A stretch of DNA of 51,652 bases from Halodesulfurarchaeum sp. Lineage in GTDB: Archaea > Halobacteriota > Halobacteria > Halobacteriales > Halobacteriaceae. Positions 46,996 to 51,652 of the stretch are shown here, piece by piece. The notes below the pieces were generated by a model that did no database searches, was not told the origin of the DNA, and was given only the letters and a program-made list of their open reading frames with translations. The stretch spans positions 1 to 51,652 of the forward strand of contig JBDGUI010000032.1 in NCBI GenBank assembly GCA_042216015.1. The letters run 5' to 3'. Each line of letters opens with the position of its first letter. Within the stretch, counting starts at the first letter, position 1. Made by a program: the position numbers and the translations under genes.

Positions 46996-48345
46996 ATGGG
47001 CATTGCTCCTGGCATGGCCGTCGGGGTGGGTATCGCTGGTTCGCCGACCACCTGGACCGTCCTCGGCGCGAGCGTCATCCTCCTGCTGGTCATCCTCTCC
47101 GCCTTTTTCTCCTCCTCGGAGATCGCGATGTTCTCCCTGGCCCGCCACCGGATCGACGCCCTCCACGAGGAGGGCCGGAAGGGTGCATCGGTGGTCAAGG
47201 AACTCAAGTCCGACCCGCATCGCCTCCTCGTGACGATCCTGGTCGGCAACAACCTGGTCAACATCGCGATGTCTTCCATCGCGACGGCCCTCCTGGGGTA
47301 TTACCTCACCCAGGGACAGGCGGTCTTTGCAGCGACATTCGGGATCACGGCCCTCGTGTTGCTCTTCGGCGAGATCGCGCCGAAGTCCTACGCCGTCGAG
47401 CACACCGAACCCTGGGCCCTCAAGGTCTCACGGCCGCTCGCGTTCACCGAACGGCTGCTCTACCCGCTCGTGGTCCTCTTCGACTGGCTCTCCCGGCTCG
47501 TGATCGGGGTTACCGGCGGCCACGCCGCCATCGAGACCTCCTACGTCACCCGGGATGAGATCCAGAAACTCATCAGGACCGGCGAGCGCGAGGGCGTCAT
47601 CGAGGCCGACGAGCGGGAGATGTTCCAGCGCATCTTCCGGTTCAACAACACGATCGCGAAGGAGGTGATGACCCCGCGGCTCGACGTCACGGCGGTGGAC
47701 GCCGAGGACTCGATCGAGACCGCGATCCAGACCTGCACCCAGAGCGGTCACGAGCGGGTGCCGGTCTACGAGTCGGACCTCGACACCGTAATCGGGATCG
47801 TCCGGTTGCGCGACCTGGTCCGCGAGCACCTCTACAGCGAGAACGGCGAGGCGACCCTCCGGGACCTCATCGAGCCCACCCTCCACGTTCCAGAATCGAA
47901 GAACGTGGACGAACTCCTCCAGGAGATGCAGGAGGAGCGGGTCGGGATGGTCATCGTCATCGACGAGTTCGGGACCACGGAGGGCCTGATCACGACCGAG
48001 GACATCATCGAGGAGATCGTCGGAGAGATTCTCGAGGGCGAGGAGGAGCGTCCAGTCGACCGGGTGGACGACCGGACCGTCGTCGTCCGGGGCGAGGTCA
48101 ACATCGAGGAGGTCAACGCGGCCCTCGACATCGACCTCCCGGAGGGCGAGGAGTTCGAGACGATCGCGGGCTTCATCTTCAACCGGGCGGGCCGCCTGGT
48201 CGAGGAGGGCGAGGTCTTCACCTACGAGAACATCGAACTCCTGGTCGAGACGGTGGAGGACACCCGCATCATGAAGGCACGGGTGCGGAGGCACGAGGAC
48301 GATTCGGGGCCGGATCCGGAGGAACGTGGCGTCGAGGAACTGTAA
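46996..48345 (+). CDS. CNNM/DUF21-CBS-CorC ('hemolysin family') divalent cation transport protein
   Basis: SAFFSSSEIA, TILVGNNLVN, FGEIAPKS, VMTPR, VIDEFG, EDIIEEIVGEI, FETIAGF. Confidence 0.92.
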   Translation: MGIAPGMAVGVGIAGSPTTWTVLGASVILLLVILSAFFSSSEIAMFSLARHRIDALHEEGRKGASVVKELKSDPHRLLVTILVGNNLVNIAMSSIATALLGYYLTQGQAVFAATFGITALVLLFGEIAPKSYAVEHTEPWALKVSRPLAFTERLLYPLVVLFDWLSRLVIGVTGGHAAIETSYVTRDEIQKLIRTGEREGVIEADEREMFQRIFRFNNTIAKEVMTPRLDVTAVDAEDSIETAIQTCTQSGHERVPVYESDLDTVIGIVRLRDLVREHLYSENGEATLRDLIEPTLHVPESKNVDELLQEMQEERVGMVIVIDEFGTTEGLITTEDIIEEIVGEILEGEEERPVDRVDDRTVVVRGEVNIEEVNAALDIDLPEGEEFETIAGFIFNRAGRLVEEGEVFTYENIELLVETVEDTRIMKARVRRHEDDSGPDPEERGVEEL

Positions 48346-48430
48346 TCGGGACTGACCGGTTTTCCCGATCGTCGCGGGGTCAGGGCCACAACTCGCTCGC
48401 CAGCGCGGCCAGTTCGAATCGGAGACGGCT

Positions 48431-49603
48431 TCAGCGAAGGACGCCTACGAGCGTTAACCCGGCGTAGCCGACCGCAAGCGAACCGAGGAGCGAGCCGACC
48501 CACGCCAGCACGGTGTATCCCATCTTGGAGGCACTCACCCCTTCGCTGCCCTCCACGGCCAGCCCGCTGCCCATGATCGCACTCACGACGATCTCGTTGA
48601 AGGAGACCGGCACGCCGAGGTAGACGGCACTCTGGGCCAGCACGAAGGCCGGAATGAGCGCGGCGATCGACCGCCGCGGACCGAGCGAGGAGTAATCCCG
48701 GGCGATCGCCTTGATCATTCGCGGGGCACCGGTCCAGGAGCCGACGAGCAACCCGATTCCACCGCCGAGGAGGATCGCCAGCAGGGGCACGGTGTTGCCC
48801 ACGAGCGGGATGAGCGGCCCGACGGCCAGTCCCACCTGGCTGCCGCCGGCCGAGAAGGCCACCAGACTTCCCATCGCCACCAGGAAGTGACGCATGCCGG
48901 CGATCGGATCCCGACCGATGTCCCACCGGAGGACGGCTGCACCGGCCACCCCGAGGCCGACGGTGGCACCCACGAGCGTGAGCAGTGGTGGTCCGCCGGC
49001 CACGTCCGCGAGCACCTCAGCGATCGAGCGGGCCCCGCTCTCCCCGAGGACGCCGAAGCGGACGTTCGCAACGATCGCTCCCACGAATGCCCCGAGCCCC
49101 GGGATCGTCAGCCGGTCGCGGTCGACCGACCGGAGGGTCTTCGCCGTCGCGTAGGCGACCCCGCCACCGACGAAAGGAACGGCGACCCAGAGGGAAACGA
49201 TCTCCCGGTAGGTCGCCCAGGCGGGCTCTCCGCCCAGCGCGAGGCCGACGCCGACGACCGCCCCTGTCACGGTGAAGGCGGTTGCGATGGGATAGCCCGC
49301 GAACACCCCGGTTGCGACGAGGGCGGCCGCGATGGCGAGCACCGTCACGACCGCTGGTGGCGTCAGCGTGACCCCCCGAATCAGGCCGGTGCCGACGGTC
49401 TCCGAGACGTTTGCCCCCTGGAGGACCGCCCCGGAAAACCCCAGGATCCCGACGAGAAATCCGGCCCGCATGACCGAGATGGCGTTCGCCCCGACGGCCG
49501 GGGCGAAGGGGGTGGAGCCACTCGAGCCGGCGCCGATCGCCCAGGCCATGAAGAGACTGGCCAGCCCGGCGACCACCAGGGTCGAGACGGCACCGACGCT
49601 CAT
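48431..49603 (-). CDS. Inorganic phosphate transporter (PiT family)
   Basis: Hydrophobic; AWAIGAGSSGSTPFAPAVG, AFSAGGSQVG, GVPVSFNE repeats. Confidence 0.82.
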   Translation of the reverse strand: MSVGAVSTLVVAGLASLFMAWAIGAGSSGSTPFAPAVGANAISVMRAGFLVGILGFSGAVLQGANVSETVGTGLIRGVTLTPPAVVTVLAIAAALVATGVFAGYPIATAFTVTGAVVGVGLALGGEPAWATYREIVSLWVAVPFVGGGVAYATAKTLRSVDRDRLTIPGLGAFVGAIVANVRFGVLGESGARSIAEVLADVAGGPPLLTLVGATVGLGVAGAAVLRWDIGRDPIAGMRHFLVAMGSLVAFSAGGSQVGLAVGPLIPLVGNTVPLLAILLGGGIGLLVGSWTGAPRMIKAIARDYSSLGPRRSIAALIPAFVLAQSAVYLGVPVSFNEIVVSAIMGSGLAVEGSEGVSASKMGYTVLAWVGSLLGSLAVGYAGLTLVGVLR

Positions 49604-49658
49604 CACGTTCGGTTGTACGTCGCCCCGTTAAGTGCTTGCCGGGTCGCGAGCCTCTCGT

Positions 49659-50357
49659 TCAGTTCGTCTGTGAGTCCGGCCTGGCGTCATCGGGAGTGTC
49701 CGTGCCCTCGGGGACTTCGACGCCCTCGACGGCCTCCGCGGTTTCGACGTCCTTCTCGGTGTCGACGTGCCAGCGATCGACGTCTTCGAAGGAGCGTAGG
49801 TGCTCTGTCACCTCCGCCTTGAGGGATTCGTCGTTGACGTTGACCTCGAAGACGAACTCGTCCTGGGAGCGGACCCGCTGGATGTTCGCGCTAATCAGAT
49901 CGTTGTCGAAGTAATAGGGGGCGACCTGGGTCATCACCTTCCGGTAGACGGTGTTTTCGAGCTTTCGGAGCGCCTTCCGGCTCGCGGTATCAGCCGCCCG
50001 GGCGACGTAATCGAGGGAGTCCTGCCACTTCTCGACGGCCCCACCGGCGTCGTTCTCCTCGATGTGCTCGTAGGACTCGGTGAGACGCTCGCCGGCGGAC
50101 TGGAGGTCCTCGTCCGCCGTCTTCCCCTCGGCCTCGCCCTTGCCCTCGCCGACGCTCGCCTGATCGGCGGTCTTTTCGGAGACGTCGGACTCGATCTGCT
50201 CGTGCATCTTGGGTCGCCAGTCGACCCACTCCGCGAAGGCCTCGGGGTAGGCATCGCTCGCCTCCGCCTCTCTGAGGGCGGTGGTGATGCGCTCGCCGTG
50301 CTCCACGACGTCACCCCAGGTTCCCCGCTGTTTGAAACCCGAGATGCTCTCTTCCAT
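49659..50357 (-). CDS. Conserved haloarchaeal hypothetical protein (DUF5828-like)
   Basis: MEESISGFKQRGTWGDVVEHGERIT...APYYFDNDLISAN; strongly acidic. Confidence 0.78.
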   Translation of the reverse strand: MEESISGFKQRGTWGDVVEHGERITTALREAEASDAYPEAFAEWVDWRPKMHEQIESDVSEKTADQASVGEGKGEAEGKTADEDLQSAGERLTESYEHIEENDAGGAVEKWQDSLDYVARAADTASRKALRKLENTVYRKVMTQVAPYYFDNDLISANIQRVRSQDEFVFEVNVNDESLKAEVTEHLRSFEDVDRWHVDTEKDVETAEAVEGVEVPEGTDTPDDARPDSQTN

Positions 50358-50448
50358 TGATTGAGTCTCCGCCCCGAGAAGTAAACACCTTTTCCCTGCG
50401 GTCCTCCGGTCGGCGAGTCGAATCCGCACCGGACCTCTTCCGTGAGCC

Positions 50449-50504
50449 GATCGGCGGTGGTCCGTCGACCGATACTGATCGGCGGTGGTCCGTCGACCGA
50501 TACC
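50449..50504. repeat. 28-bp tandem duplication upstream of upp
   Basis: gatcggcggtggtccgtcgaccgatac(t/c) at 50449-50476 and 50477-50504. Confidence 0.85.
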
Positions 50505-50534
50505 GATAATTGGTCCTCGTGCGAGCACGCACAC

Positions 50535-51221
50535 ATGCCCATCCGGGAGCAAGAACACGGGGCCCTGATCTCACACGCCTTCGCGACGGACACCCTCACG
50601 CGACTCCGGGATCGCGGGACCGAACAGATCGGGTTTCGAAAGGGGCTCGTCCAGCTCGGTCGGATCTGTGGCTACGAGATCATCGACGGCGCGATGGAGA
50701 CGGAGTACGTCGAGATCGAGACCCCGCTCACCGAGACGATGGGCGAACGGGTCAGCGGCCTCGAGGACGTGGTCATCGTCAACGTCCTGCGCGCGGCAAC
50801 ACCGTTCGTCGAGGGACTGCTCAAGGCCTTTCCGGCGGCCCGGCAGGGGGTGATCAGCGCTGGTCGGGACGAGGCGGGCGGAATGGACGAGGACGGCACC
50901 TTCTCCATCGATATCGACTACGTCAAACTCCCCGAGATCACCTCGAGTGACACGGTCATCGTCGCGGATCCGATGCTCGCGACCGGATCGACCGCCAGCA
51001 CGGTCCTCGGGCGCGTGGTGGTAGACGCCCCGCCGGGGGCCGACGTCGTCCTGCTCGCCGCGGTGAGTGCCCCCGCCGGCATCATCCGGATCGAGGAGGA
51101 ATACCCCGACGTCCGGGTCCTGACCGTCGCCGTCGACGACCACCTCGACGAGGACGGGTACATCGTTCCCGGGCTGGGGGACGCGGGCGACCGCGCCTTC
51201 GGGACCACCGAATCGGAGTAG
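50535..51221 (+). CDS. upp: Uracil phosphoribosyltransferase
   Basis: LRD...[38 protein letters not shown]. Confidence 0.95.
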   Translation: MPIREQEHGALISHAFATDTLTRLRDRGTEQIGFRKGLVQLGRICGYEIIDGAMETEYVEIETPLTETMGERVSGLEDVVIVNVLRAATPFVEGLLKAFPAARQGVISAGRDEAGGMDEDGTFSIDIDYVKLPEITSSDTVIVADPMLATGSTASTVLGRVVVDAPPGADVVLLAAVSAPAGIIRIEEEYPDVRVLTVAVDDHLDEDGYIVPGLGDAGDRAFGTTESE

Positions 51222-51344
51222 GCGGGTTGGCGCTGGCGGCCTGAGCCCTCCGGTCGACCCACCGAACAGGGATGAAGGGGGAAGGTCTACTCGCCGGGCG
51301 AAAAAGAACCAACTTATATGCCGATTCGCGCCGGTGTCTGGGGT

Positions 51345-51560
51345 ATGCCAGACGACGAACAGTGTGACGCCTGTGGGGAGCCGGTCTCGGATGCCCTCTC
51401 CCGGACGATCCGCCTGACCGTCGATCGCTCCCAGATAGACGCCCAGCGGCTCTGTCCCGAGTGTTTCGCCGACTGGATCGACCGCTACGAGTCGGAGATG
51501 AAGTCCCGCCCCGAACCCGCGGTCGTCGAGGACGGCGAGGACGAACTCATCGTCGACTGA
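51345..51560 (+). CDS. Small CPxCG-related Zn-finger protein
   Basis: CDACG...LCPECF; TATA cttata ~27 nt upstream. Confidence 0.8.
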   Translation: MPDDEQCDACGEPVSDALSRTIRLTVDRSQIDAQRLCPECFADWIDRYESEMKSRPEPAVVEDGEDELIVD

Positions 51561-51572
51561 GCTCATTCGTCC

Positions 51573-51652
51573 TCGACCGGATCGAAACCTGCCGGGATGG
51601 TCGACCGGATCGAAACCTGCCGGGATGGCCGACCGGATCGAATCCTGCCGGG
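51573..51652. repeat. 28-bp tandem repeat, about 3 copies, running off the window end
   Basis: tcgaccggatcgaaacctgccgggatgg x2 plus variant ccgaccggatcgaatcctgccggg. Confidence 0.88.

Noticed and set aside
51573..51652. Possible CRISPR array at the window end
   Set aside because: Head-to-tail 28-mers without spacers

Overview
High-GC haloarchaeal (Halobacteria) chromosomal segment with acidic proteins and many TATA-driven, apparently leaderless genes. Most of it is conserved core: hel308-cgi121, hef, CBS-glyS-dolichol kinase, a dppABCDF peptide ABC operon, PolD large subunit with a Gln-terminal mini-intein, a RecJ/GAN-like DHH nuclease, hemB-MFS-hemL-hemC-hemD, a FadF/HdrD-like Fe-S membrane oxidoreductase, a solo Cas4-like gene, tsaC/sua5, a CNNM/CorC protein, PiT and upp. 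Three things stand out. (1) The peptide-binding lipoprotein DppA appears circularly permuted. (2) The first ~4.8 kb holds genes more typical of anaerobic/thermophilic archaea: a Pyrococcus-type Asp-ligated ferredoxin, a class II HMG-CoA reductase and a PDO, which hints at an anaerobic haloarchaeon. (3) An accessory block with AT-rich spacers lies between polC and recJ, with a BCCT transporter, IclR and a head-to-head pair of Cys-containing DmsR-like HTH-10 regulators sharing a promoter motif. No tRNA, rRNA, CRISPR array or transposase was seen. All family calls come from motif recognition, not database searches.
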